DNA of 64,000 nt from Octopus vulgaris. Its lineage: Eukaryota. Position 1 is the first letter of the stretch. Each line of letters opens with the position of its first letter. The notes beneath the pieces were generated by a model. That model had not been told where the DNA came from. It saw only the letters and a program-made list of their open reading frames with translations, and ran no database searches. Shown here in pieces: positions 1 to 11,685 of the stretch. The stretch covers positions 50,778,001 through 50,842,000 of the forward strand of contig OX597815.1 of assembly GCA_951406725.2 (NCBI GenBank). The letters run 5' to 3'. The position numbers were made by a program, and so were the translations under genes.

Positions 1-773
1 ATATATATATATACACACACATACATATATATGTGTGTGTGTATTTATCTATATATAATGTATATTATACATATTTATATATATATATTATATTTTTATA
101 TATAGTGTATACACACACACAGATATGTACATATATTATACATACAACACACATATATGGTATTGTCTTACTTATGTCAAACACCTATGCAGTTCTTAAA
201 AATGGATTAAATATAGTCTTTTGTGTATATCATGAAAACACAGTGAACTGCATACATTTTTACATGCTTATTTCTCATACTCGATGAGTGTGTTTGTGTG
301 CATGTATGTGTCACACACACATAAACACATCTCTCTCTCTCTTTCTTTCTTTATTTCTCTTTATATATAAATATATATATATATGCACGCAATCACACAT
401 ACACATATTTTTAGAATACAAAAACCACAATTTCTGAAGGAAGAATTTTGTTTGTTTATGACTGACTTTATTTTGTTTGTCAACAGAATGTGTTTCATAA
501 AAAATGCTGAATACAGAAACACACACACACACACAATATATTTTGAATGTGTGTATGTTCACATTGAATAGTTTGAAGATATAATGTCTTGACTTAATTC
601 ACAATCATCAATAATTGTTATTGAGCTCAGTATTAAGATGTATGGTTTCCTATTCCTAGACTGAACTAAGATTTTGTTTGTGCTTTAATTAGTGCAGCTG
701 CACTTTGGTTTTTAATAAAATCTATTGAGTCAATGACTCAAGTTTTAAATTGTTATCTTGTTTAGCACCTGCT

Positions 774-831
<58 letters not shown>

Positions 832-900
832 CATGCATGTGTGTGTAGAGAGAGATAGAGAGACTGATATAGATACATTTATTATATGTATATTTATATG

Positions 901-932
<32 letters not shown>

Positions 933-952
933 GTTTATGGGGTAGGGTATAG

Positions 953-1070
953 ATCATTTGCATCATTCATCATTAACATTTTACATCTGCTTTTCTATGC
1001 TGGCATGAATTGGATTGTTTTCCCAGAGGTAGTGTTTGTACAGTTGGATGCCTTTCCTGTTGCCAGCTCA
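953..1070 (-). mobile_element. Degenerate 3' tail of RTE-type LINE/SINE (CATGCCAGCAT...(ATG)n end)
   Basis: Reverse complement resembles the tail seen at 34981-35080 and 56920-56971 (ccatgctagcatggaaa...gatgatga). Confidence 0.5.
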
Positions 1071-1295
1071 GTTATTCAAACCTTATAGCATGCAGGGATG
1101 AAGCCTGCTCTAAAATTGGAACACTATTGTGTACATACACATACACTGTAGTTTCAAATTAGACAAACTTAAAAATGGTATCAGTTTTAAATGAATTTTT
1201 GTGTGTGTGTGTGTGAGTATGAATGTAGATGTCCATCATTAGATATAATTATTATGTTTACCAATACAGTATTTTATAAAGATTGTATTTAATGA

Positions 1296-1800
1296 TTGAT
1301 CTTAGATAGGTTTCAGCCAGTACAGGCCCAGGCCATGTCTAATTTGATAGCATCACCCACCTGGTGAAGTCTTTTAGATCATGATTTACACCTCAGTCAT
1401 ATATGGGACACCATGGCCCACTCTAGCAAAGAGTTATTATTGTTGGAGACATATCTGGGTGTAGGAGGTTGGTCTGGGTGTTTTGGGAGAAATTTGTCCA
1501 GAGAACTTTTGAATTTTATGGGATCTGTTTCTGTTTTGATGTATTTTGGTTTAATATTAAAGAGAGCCAGACTGGTTGAGGTAAAGTAGTTGTGTCGTAA
1601 TGTGTCTTGAGTTCAATTTTTGTAGTGGGCAGATAGCACAGGAGCCAAGTCCTGGGTTGATTTTAATGTTGATGTCAACATCATTTGTGCAATATTGATG
1701 GAATATTTTCCACATCACACAAATGATGTAACGCTCATGGTGGCATTGGAGAGAGTAGAGATTGAATTTTTTTAGTCGACCCCAATAGTCAATATAAAAC
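1296..1800 (-). mobile_element. CR1/L2-group LINE 3' fragment (ORF2 C-terminus plus 3' UTR), decayed
   Basis: Minus-strand translation gives DYWGRLKKFNLYSLQCHHERYIICVMWKIF and, in another frame, FKSSLDKFLPKHPDQPPTPRY...NSLLEW*. Both match typical CR1/L2-group ORF2 C-terminal motifs (YxxRLxxLxLxSL; FKxxLDxFL). Confidence 0.75.
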
Positions 1801-1805
1801 AAGAC

Positions 1806-1988
1806 AGTTTCTATATTTAAGAGACGAGGAATTATGTACATTATTTACATTAATCACATTTGATGGATATTTGTCCTCATCTTTTTGTTGCTAACACGTT
1901 TCGGCTGATATACCCTCTAGCCTTCATCAGGTGTTTTGAGGAAATTTTGAACCTGGATTCTCTTTCCCTAAGGTATTTTTCGATGTTG

Positions 1989-2067
<79 letters not shown>

Positions 2068-2145
2068 CATTATTATTATTATTATTCAGGTCACTGCCTG
2101 GAATTGAACTTGGAATCTTGGGGTTAGTAGCCCGTACTACGCCAT
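1806..2145 (-). mobile_element. tRNA-derived SINE with internal (AAT)n and hammerhead-like tail; left arm of inverted pair
   Basis: Reverse complement aligns to 2146-2400 along its length, with a 10-nt deletion (ggttaagagc) in the head and a longer (AAT)n. The left boundary is approximate. Confidence 0.8.
1893..1935 (-). ncRNA. Minimal type-I hammerhead ribozyme-like motif (3 nt shorter at stem III/cleavage site)
   Basis: Minus strand reads AACAC-CUGAUGA-A-GGCU(AGAGGGUAUAUC)AGCC-GAAAC-GUGUU: both core boxes, stem II GGCU/AGCC and stem I AACAC/GUGUU. Confidence 0.6.
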
Positions 2146-2400
2146 GGGCATATGGCATAGTGGTTAAGAGCACGGGCTACTAACCCCAAAATTCTGAGTT
2201 CGATTCCAGGCAGTGACCTGAATAATAATAATGATGATGATAATAATAATAATAATAATAACATTGAAAAATACCTTAGGAATGAGAATCCAGGTTCGAA
2301 ATTTCCCCCAAGACACCTGATGAAGGCAGGATGGTATATCAGCTGAAACTTTGTGTTAACAACAAACAAGATGAGGACAAATATCTGTCAAATGTAAATA
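2146..2400 (+). mobile_element. tRNA-derived SINE with internal (AAT)n and hammerhead-like tail; right arm of inverted pair
   Basis: Head has a Pol III A box (TGGCATAGTGG), an anticodon-like arm GGG-CTACTAA-CCC and a B box (GAGTTCGATTCC). These are followed by (AAT)n and a unique tail. Confidence 0.85.
2312..2357 (+). ncRNA. Minimal type-I hammerhead ribozyme-like motif
   Basis: GACAC-CUGAUGA-A-GGC(...)GCU-GAAAC-UUU-GUGUU: core boxes, stem II GGC/GCU and stem I GACAC/GUGUU. Confidence 0.6.
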
Positions 2401-4289
2401 AAGTTTTGATAAATTTTTTAAAAAGCAGGGATGCAATCTCTAATTTCCTCTGATACTCCCAACAGTAACCTATGGAAGAAAGACAATGTGTACTGTCTTA
2501 TATAAAAGATTATGTCAAATAAACAAATGCTTGACCCAAGTACTTGACAGAGTAAAAAGACACTTAAGTGTCATTAAATGTCAAGTAATAGTTTTCTGAT
2601 TTACAATATATGTCTTTTACCTTATAAAAAGTAAATCCCACTTGCCCTTCATGTTGAAGGTTAAAGTGTATTTTATTTTGTCACCAAGGCTGGGCAAATT
2701 TCTGAACTTGAAGCATTTGTGCCTTTTGTAGATGAACCCTTCCTCATCCTTGTTTGTAAAACCCATAGCTTAATGTGTGTGGGTTATTTAGAGATACTAT
2801 TGATCACTAGTAAATTTGCTCTCTCTCTCTCATTATTTATAAATTATTTTACAGGTTTATAGATTGTTTTTCCCTTCAGAAGTAATACACTCATATGCAT
2901 ACGTACACAAATATGTATATAATATATATATATATAGCCTCTTTTTATGTCTAAATATATATATATGCATGTGTGTTTATGAATTAAGCTAGAGCCATGT
3001 CAGGGTAAGAATTTAGGAATAATAAACGTCCAGTTGGTTCAGCCATTCATTATGTAAATTTTTATAAGTATACATCTTCTCTTACTGCAAATAGAATTAA
3101 ATAAAAAGAAATTGATAGTAATAAAAATTGAACAAAATGCAGATGAAATTTGTTCATCAGAAATCCCCAGTGTGATCAGAAAAAAATTCTTATACTTAAT
3201 TCATGATAACAAATATAGATATCAACAATAGTCTTTTTTCTTCATATCTACTTTCATTCTTAGTAAATAAGGTCCAACCAAGAAACTTATGTTTGTTTGC
3301 TTGACCTGCCTGTAACCAAATCTCTTTCATATCACACCGACTTAAATAAGCATTGGACAATGTCGCTGATATGCAAAAGTATATGTGCAGAAGAACAATG
3401 GATGAATAATTATTCAAAGGATACGAGCCTTGATACACACACTGTGTCATATTCTTTCTGCCTGAAGATTACATTAAAAATACACTTGTCTGTGGAATAT
3501 TCAGCCACTTACATGTTGATTCAGCATACAGGTAATCTAGTAGATCAAACAATTCAATACTCATCATTGAAAGTGACACATAATCATTTACTTTTATTGG
3601 TCTTATTTGACCAGAGCTGACTTGTGACTTAACAACAACAGCAACAACTTAGTAAATAAATGATTTATGTTCTATTTAACTTCATAATGAATTATTCTTT
3701 TTGCCTCTTTTAATGTAGTTCATGTAGTACAGATGGTTGTTCAGAAAATTTCACTCATTATTTATAAGGACTTTCTTAGATGATTGTATACTTACAGAAT
3801 AGAAGTTACATAAAAATCTATAGATCTCAACGTCAACAAAATGTTTTCAATCCCTACTGGCCAAGGAAGGAAGTAATTATATCTTTATTTTTTTTTGTTC
3901 CAGACTCTTGGAGTCTGGTAGCAAAATGGAGATAAACCTCTCCTATGAACACATCCTCTAGAGACAACTGATAGCATTCCAGCTATCACAAATAATGTAT
4001 CCAATTAAACAGTTTCAGAATAAATAAACAAACAAATAAATATACAAATATGCAACCTGGTGTTAGCATCTGCTAAGCTTTCTCTATACAACTTCACCTC
4101 TCTTTTTCATAGCGTAAATGTGTATTATTGAATTTAACCAATATATGTTACAACACAGTGCTTATAGTATTCATTACTTTTTGAGTATTATTTACATTTT
4201 CACTTTAAAAAAAAAAATAGAATCTTATGTTCAGTTTTCTTTTTATGCATGCAGACAGAAAAAAAAAAAAAATTTTATGCTAAATTTCA

Positions 4290-4403
4290 CCTCCACCACC
4301 ACCACCATCACTAATACTAATACTACTACTACTACTATTACTATTTCTACTATTACTACTAGCAGCAGCAGTAGTGGCAGTAGTAGTAGTAGTAGTAGTA
4401 GTA
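4290..4403. repeat. Compound trinucleotide microsatellite (CAC)n-(TAC)n-(AGC)n-(TAG)n
   Basis: Visible directly in the sequence. Confidence 0.9.
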
Positions 4404-4675
4404 AATAATTGGAAAACAGCAGCACAAAACCAGATGCAGAATATTTTTGAACAAAATTTAATCAGGTTCTGAATTTCAGTTGATAAATAGATTTTCATTA
4501 AGGTTTATCATACAATGGTATGATCAATATTGTCAGTTATTTTTTGTCTGATAATTTGAATATAATATCTATTTTGTATGTATTCATATATATATTGATA
4601 TCTATGTATATGTCTATGCATGGTGTGTGTATAAATAGATAGATAAATAGACAGACAGACAGATATAGATGTGTA

Positions 4676-4920
4676 GGCAAATGGCTTAGTGTTTAGGGTG
4701 TTGCACTCATAATCATAAAATTGTGGTTTCGATTTCTGTACCAGGCGATGTATGGTATTCTTGAGCGAAACATTTAATTTCATGTTGCATCAAGTCTACT
4801 CAGCTACCAAAAATGTGTAATCCTGCAATGGACTAGTGTCCTTTTCACAGGGGGGGTGGAGATTATATACACTACAGAATCTGGAAAACCAACCTCATGG
4901 CCCAGGAAGGGCCCTTGATT
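4676..4920 (+). mobile_element. Degenerate tRNA-derived SINE with V-domain-like centre
   Basis: A-box-like TGGCTTAGTG and B-box-like GGTTTCGATTTC. The segment cctgcaatggactagtgtcc...agggg...gaaaacc resembles the V-SINE central domain (recalled, not searched). Confidence 0.6.
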
Positions 4921-5819
4921 TTTATATGTATGTATGTTACATACATATATATATGCATACATACACACATACATATTTATATGTGTAAATATATATATAT
5001 AATATGTATATATTATGCATCTGTATGTATGTGTGCATCAATGTTTTTTTTTCCACTTTCTGAATAAGAAGCAAAAGAAAGAAATGTGTACATTTAGATG
5101 TCTTAAGGTAGATTAGAATTGTTATATAATTATTGCATGTAGTAGCTTCTCATATATATATATATAAAGAAAGGGTATTTGACATTTATTGCATTATTTA
5201 TAATGTTTATTGCATTGATTATACCATGACTTAGAAAATAGTCCATAATAACCTATATTAAAAGATTAGCTGTATCATTATACCAATAAGGTAGAAATTG
5301 CTGTGAATTTTTACTTGAAATTACACGAATGATTTGGTATCTGTTCTGGAAGAAAATCTGTAGTGAATATCATATTAATGGAGTACTGATAAACAATATA
5401 TAGGTTCACTAATTTATTTATTTGAGTAAAATTTTAATAATTAATCAAGCAGTGAAAGTTTTTGCATCTATATTCAAAAACCTCAAAATAACTAATGTCT
5501 TTACATTGATATCTAATGAAAGGTTTATTGAATGAGTAAAATATTATTTGATAATGTATTGTTTTTAAAAGTACATGCTGCTAAAACCAGTTTCAGCAAA
5601 ATTATTTATTGCAATATATCATCATCATTATTTCCTGATTGCAGTTTTTCTTCTCCAGTTGTGCATGATTTCAATCTAAAGCACTCTCACTGAATGTGTT
5701 TGATGAATATTTCATGATGTGATATTTGAATTAAATCTTGTTTTGTTATGATGTCCTGATGGACTCTTGTGCAATGGGGCCTAACAGCTCTTACACAAGG
5801 CTGTATTCACAACTTATTT

Positions 5820-5823
<4 letters not shown>

Positions 5824-5865
<42 letters not shown>

Positions 5866-5891
5866 CTCTCTCTCTCTCTCTCTCTCTCTCT
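5824..5891. repeat. (CT)n microsatellite
   Basis: Visible directly in the sequence. Confidence 0.95.
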
Positions 5892-6979
5892 TGTAAAACC
5901 AGCCATTTGTCACTGAACACATTGTCAAGGTGTGATCTGCCCATCAATCCTTTCAAATATGGTTAATAATAAGTCTCTTGCGTGTATCAGGTAGTTGTCA
6001 TTTCAGTTCAACTTGGTACACAATGTAAAATTCATGATAATGCCCGCGATTGATTATTTAGAATTGCTCCAAAATTACATGTCTTTTTTGTGTTTTTAAT
6101 CTTTTTGTGTCTTTGATGTATTCAGTTTTTAAACAAATGTATTTCCATTAGTAAACTAAAAATTTCCCTTTGAAAGTTACATATACACTTTCAGATAATA
6201 TACTGCATTTTTTCAGACTTGAGTGCAATTTAAATATTCAATTTTCTTAATTAGTATCCCAGAAAATTTATTTTGAAGGCTTATATATTCATTATCGTCC
6301 ATACAGGTCTCAATATTTTGAAACAATTTATCTAGTTGAATTTTGAAATCCATTAATGTATTTGCAATATACAGAGTGTATTAACATATTTGTATTTTAT
6401 GATTTATGAAGCTATGGTTTATACTTTCCTCTGGCAAAAATGGAGAAAATTAAGGTGCATGTATTGATTTACTTGCAAATATTTTTCAATTTGTTTGTAA
6501 ATTGTTATGTGTTACTTAATTTTCTACACTTAGTTTAGAAAATTCAGATCTAGAATGTTTTGTTAATTTTGGGAATGGGATGCATAAAAATTGTATGGTC
6601 AATGTTTGTATCCTTGTAGTTGAGATATATTTCTGGTTAGAAATAATTTACTTCACTGCTGACTTCAAAATCCTGCCTATCTTTAGAAATCTAACTATAG
6701 GATTATTTGCTAAGACTTTCAATGTGTTCCTATTGCAGTAAATATATACGTGAAATGCGAAATTGCATTCACACAGAAAAAAAATATTGATAGTAGGATA
6801 TTTTACACAGCCTTAAAAGTGAAATACCACCCCACTTTCTTTTTATCCATTTTCCAGTGATGTATGTTGGGGTGATTTACTTGCTGTAGCAGATATTCTT
6901 TACAGCTAGATGCTTCCCACTTCTAACCACCTAATCATAAAATAAGTGTGAAACATTTTTATATTATTATTAGTTAGTC

Positions 6980-7482
6980 TAGAGGTCACCAAAGAATGGC
7001 CTGCAGGCCAGATACGGCTCACAAGGTCAGTTAATCTGGCCCACAGCCACTCTATAGCTTTTGTGTAAGTACCTGCGTTTGCCTCTGGTATGGCATCAGT
7101 GTTTGAAACAACTTATGTCTGTGAGCAAACATTTTCAAAAGTGAAGTTATGTGAAGTCAGCACATCGAACGAGGTTGACTGATGAACATTTGTAAACAAT
7201 ACTCTTGGTTGGATGCAGATATTGATTATATCTTAAAAACTAAACACCAGGTTCACAAATCTCACTAACCTTTTTTGCTGTTTAGATTGTGAGATTCAGA
7301 TATGTGCTAACTGGGTGTGATGTAACTATCTTATTGCTAACATCACCTTCTTTGATAACATTTTGGTAAATAGGTTGTCTTTATATTTTGTGTATTCACT
7401 GTATTGTATTAAATAAAATGGTTATGCAGCCTGAGCTCATCATTCTCTCAGTTATCTGGCCTGCTATGAAAAAAGTTTGGTT
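6980..7482 (+). mobile_element. Internally deleted hAT (Charlie/SPIN/GTF2IRD2-like) DNA transposon retaining the transposase C-terminus
   Basis: Ends tagaggtcaccaaa..ggcctgcaggcc and ggcctg...aaaaagtttggt resemble Charlie-type TIR/subterminal motifs. Internal translation FASGMASVFETTYVCEQTFSK/YVKSAHRTRLTDEHL* matches the hAT dimerisation domain (STYxCExxFS...RxRLTDxHL), with a frameshift and a stop. Confidence 0.8.
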
Positions 7483-10400
7483 AGACAAAAACTGGAACAA
7501 TTTGTGTTAGGATCTGTGTGCATGATTCTGTGCTCCATTGACCAGCTTCTTAATTTTTTGACTATTGTTCCTGCTGTTTATGTTGGTCAGTATCTGATGT
7601 AAATCTCTCATTTTCCAAGTTAGTTAAGTATAACCTTTGTTACATTAAAACAGAATCAACTTAACAAGGTACCACTAAAAATTGTTGCCTTGAAGTTACC
7701 AACGCCCATTGTAGAACCATTTCTTCTCATTTCATCTTTTCCACCCACTGCATTATTCTTATTATAACACATCTATTGTGGCTTAGATTTCACAAAAAAA
7801 TTATCTTCTCTTGTATTGATCTTTTACTTTACTTACATCCAACTTACTCATTCCAAATTAACTCTTATTTCATTTTATTTGCTTTTACATCTTGCCTGGT
7901 TCCCATTATTTATCTGTAGATTAACTATTTTTTAGCCCAAATTTCATCATATCCTTTTGAGTTTCATGTTTTGAAAACACCTGATATATCTTATTATCAG
8001 CTGTTTTGCTTTTTGGTTTTTTTTTTCCTTTTGTAAACTTTCTTAAAATTAATGTATTCTACAGAAGTACAGTACATTATCACAATATATTTGCAATAAC
8101 TAGTTTGATATTTTTGTAGCATAATGGCGGTATTATGTTTTCTTTGTACATTGAATGAAGCTGATGAGCTAAATTTGTTCTAATAATTCCACCAATATCT
8201 TTCATGCATTATGAGATTGTAATTTTTTGTTTTAAAATTCTCTCTCATTCCACTTGCATGAGTGTACACCTATGTCTGCACATACTCATACATATCACAG
8301 AAAAACATATTTTGTTTGATTAGCTTTTATTTATATGATAAGCTCACCTACTATTGTCCTTCAAGAATATTTTTGTCCTTAGCACTATCATTCTACCATA
8401 TCTTGATGACTGCTTTGTGAAGATTAAAACTAAAACAAACCAGAATTGCTTAAATTCTTTATGGACAGCTAGTCTTATTTAATCTTCAGAATTTATATTT
8501 TATTTCCATCCTCAGAGATAGGCCCTTCACATCCAAGCTGTCAATATTTTAAATTTTAAATTATATTTTTGTTCTTTTTCAATTTGAACCTTTTCTGTTT
8601 TACAACTGAGATTATATATCGTCTGTCTGTTATCTTCTTTTACTATTTTCCTCTGGTTTTGCTTTATCATGAAGATAAGAATATCAAACATAAGCCAGCT
8701 GTTTCTATGAACAATATTGAAACCTTCTGCTTGCTTGTGTTAAAAACAAAACTTATTTTCTTTCAAGATATTTTTTAGTTAACTCAGCTTCTGTGGACCC
8801 CAAATATTAACTAATTGAATTTCTTGTTAATTTTAGTTTAACATTTTATAATATTTCTACTTTTTTGTTCAACATCATTGATCTTCGGTGCATGAGAAAC
8901 TTAAACATGTGTCTAGGGATGCATGAGGCTTCTTTTTTTTTTTTTTTTTCTTTCCCTCTAATATTATTGATAGGTTCCTTCATTTGTTATGCTGAAAAAA
9001 TGCAGTGCTCATCAGCAGTTGTTTTATACCTCCTATGAACAAAAGATGAGAGTAATTTGGAAACAGTATAAATAATGTTTAGTTTAAAAAATTGATTGCT
9101 AAATAGGCAGAACACATTCCAGAGGAAAGGTGTTCTGCAAAGAAATTACTTATAACAAATTTAGTGGGTAAGACAAAGTAAAGATAATAAAAGAGGAGAG
9201 ACAAGTATATACATGGAATTTAAGAAGGAATTACAGAGAATTGCCAGATGGACTAGAGACATGTCATTGTATTAGTTAGAGAGAAATATGCTTATATACA
9301 TGACTGTATTCCTCTCCATAGATATATCCCAATTAAGTTTGCAATTGAAACTTCTCATGATAGGGTTGAGCAACTGGTTCCTGTTGAAAACAATTCAGTA
9401 GAATCTATACTTTCTTAGAATGTTAAGGAAAAGGAACTTTCCCATGTCAGTCTCTACCAGTGTTAAGCTATTAATGTGCTGCATTACAGTGTTGTAAATA
9501 ATTACCACTGGTAACAGAAAGTGCACCATTCTACTCTCTGAAGAATGCACTTAGCAAAATATTAGACACAAGTCAAGCACTCAATTATAAATTACTTGTC
9601 TTACTACTATTTAGTTGACTTTACAGATGTATTACTATTGAAAGAGATATTAAAGTACATTGTTGCATCCTGTATTGAGTTGCCATCAACTCCATATATA
9701 TACTCAGCAAAGTTACTTCCTTGATGGCACTAATATTTTGTACTCAGTTTTAGTTGTCTCTAGGGATGTGACTCCTGTAGTTTCATGTTTTTGTATAAAC
9801 CACCCAAAATTAACCCTATCCTATAATAAATTCCCAATGACTCAGCTTTTTCCAGGATTTTTGTCCAGTAGCTTCAGCTCTCTATTATTACTTCTTTCCA
9901 GGTCACTCCCTTTGACACTGTAACAGTTTATAATGTCAGTAGTTATTTAGAAATTATATCTACCTGCACACATAATTTATAATAACCGTTGCTTGAGTTT
10001 TCAAATTCTCTCTAGCTATTTAATGATAGTATCTAATTGAAAATCAGAGTTCTTATTTCAAACCCTAACATTCCTGTGTCTTTTGTTCATTACTCAAAGA
10101 CTAGTGACACTGATGCTCATGACTTATATAGCTTTTAGTTAGCATTTCATATTCTCTTATAAGTTATAGAAGAATTTCACAAATTAGGAAAAAGAAATTT
10201 TTGAAATTTCAACTAAAGATAATAAGTTTGTTAATGTTTATTATTATTTAAATTAGTTTATATTATAATTCTTAAAAGGATTTCTAAAAATAATATTCTT
10301 TGATGTTAATGCCAAATCTAAACCTTTTGTTATTTTTCTCTATTATTTTTTTCAGAATTGAATTTCTATGATTTATAATAAATATCTTAATGTGCTACTC

Positions 10401-11529
10401 TTTGGTCATGAGTTCAAATTCTCTCAAGTCTGATTTAACCTGTCACCTTTCTAATAAAATAAATAGCAGTAATCCTACTTTGTGTAATTTGGCTTGTAGT
10501 CAACTAGTAGTCATCAATTAAAGACAAAAAAATGTTGTACCTCATAGATGCAATCAGGCCTTATTTCATTTTCCCCCTTGTAATAATGGTACCATTTTTA
10601 TTATTAGCCTATCTCTTTTCTTGAGGTGAATCATGAAAGAAAAATGTAATCATAAAAATGAATCTCTAAAATTATTGACAAATTGATTAAATCTGTGTTT
10701 TTTTAAATCAAAAACAGATTTATTGCTAAAAAAATGTATGCAAATTTTATTCAATTTTCTTTGATTTTTGTTTTGATATCTCTTTAGAAAGATAGTTGAA
10801 GACAGAAAGGAGGAGGATAAAGAAAGAATTATTAAAATCCAATGCATTGTTATCCAGATTCTTGTCACTATTGCTTTAAAAATGAGTAGGCGTTGCTATT
10901 ACTCAGTTATGTTGCCTGATAAAGGCAAGAATTTTTTAGCTGTTTACTGCATTTACTGTCACTTCAACATTTGCTCATCTTACTCAATGTCTGCCCTGTC
11001 ACTTTGGATTTTGAACTTAATCAATAATGGTATAAATATAAGTCAATGCTTAAAACACTAAAGAAGTGATTTCAATAGGTTTTGTTGGTGGTGTTATTTG
11101 AGTAATTTTGTGTTATCTCAGTGACAAATGCATCCTATATGACTATCCTGTTGTATAATTAACAATAACCTTTAAACAAATAGAAACAAAGTGAAATAAT
11201 ACCAAAATAATAGAATAATCCTGGTATGGAAATTATAAGCATCAAAACTGATTGGAATTCATATCTATTTCAATTTTCAGTTTGTGAAACTACTTGAGGT
11301 ACATATTTATGTAATGCTTCTTTTCCCTGCCTTTTTTTTTTTAAATCCTTTGATAGGGAAACATCTATTGCTTGCTTATGTTACACAAGCTTCAAACTTT
11401 GTTGGAGAAGTTCTACATTTTGCTTCTAATGTTAAGTAACTGGGACCTGAAAGAGAGAAAGACTGCTTTCTAAAAGCTCTTTTAGTGATTTTTCTTTTTG
11501 ATAATTGCTGTTTCTAAAAATGAACACAA

Positions 11530-11571
11530 TATATGTATATATATATATATGTGTGTGTGTATACACACATA

Positions 11572-11619
<48 letters not shown>

Positions 11620-11626
11620 TATACAT

Positions 11627-11684
<58 letters not shown>
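11530..11684. repeat. Compound (TA)n/(TACA)n/(CA)n microsatellite
   Basis: Visible directly; it generates five spurious ORFs. Confidence 0.95.

Positions 11685-11685
<1 letters not shown>

Noticed and set aside
33-952. ORFs rich in YI/CV/HT repeats (also at 11432-11778, 24878-25709, 35060-36538, 58053-58905)
   Set aside because: They are translations of (TA)n, (CA)n and (TTA)n microsatellites, not genes.
2146-2220. Possible tRNA gene (ACT anticodon-like loop)
   Set aside because: There is no acceptor-stem pairing or poly-T terminator, and the sequence continues into a SINE body present twice, so it is a SINE head.
1860-2369. Mirror-image poly-Leu/poly-Asn ORFs on both strands
   Set aside because: They result from the inverted SINE pair and its (AAT)n tract.
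8161-8200. CTGATGAG hammerhead box
   Set aside because: No stem II, GAAA box or stem I follows.
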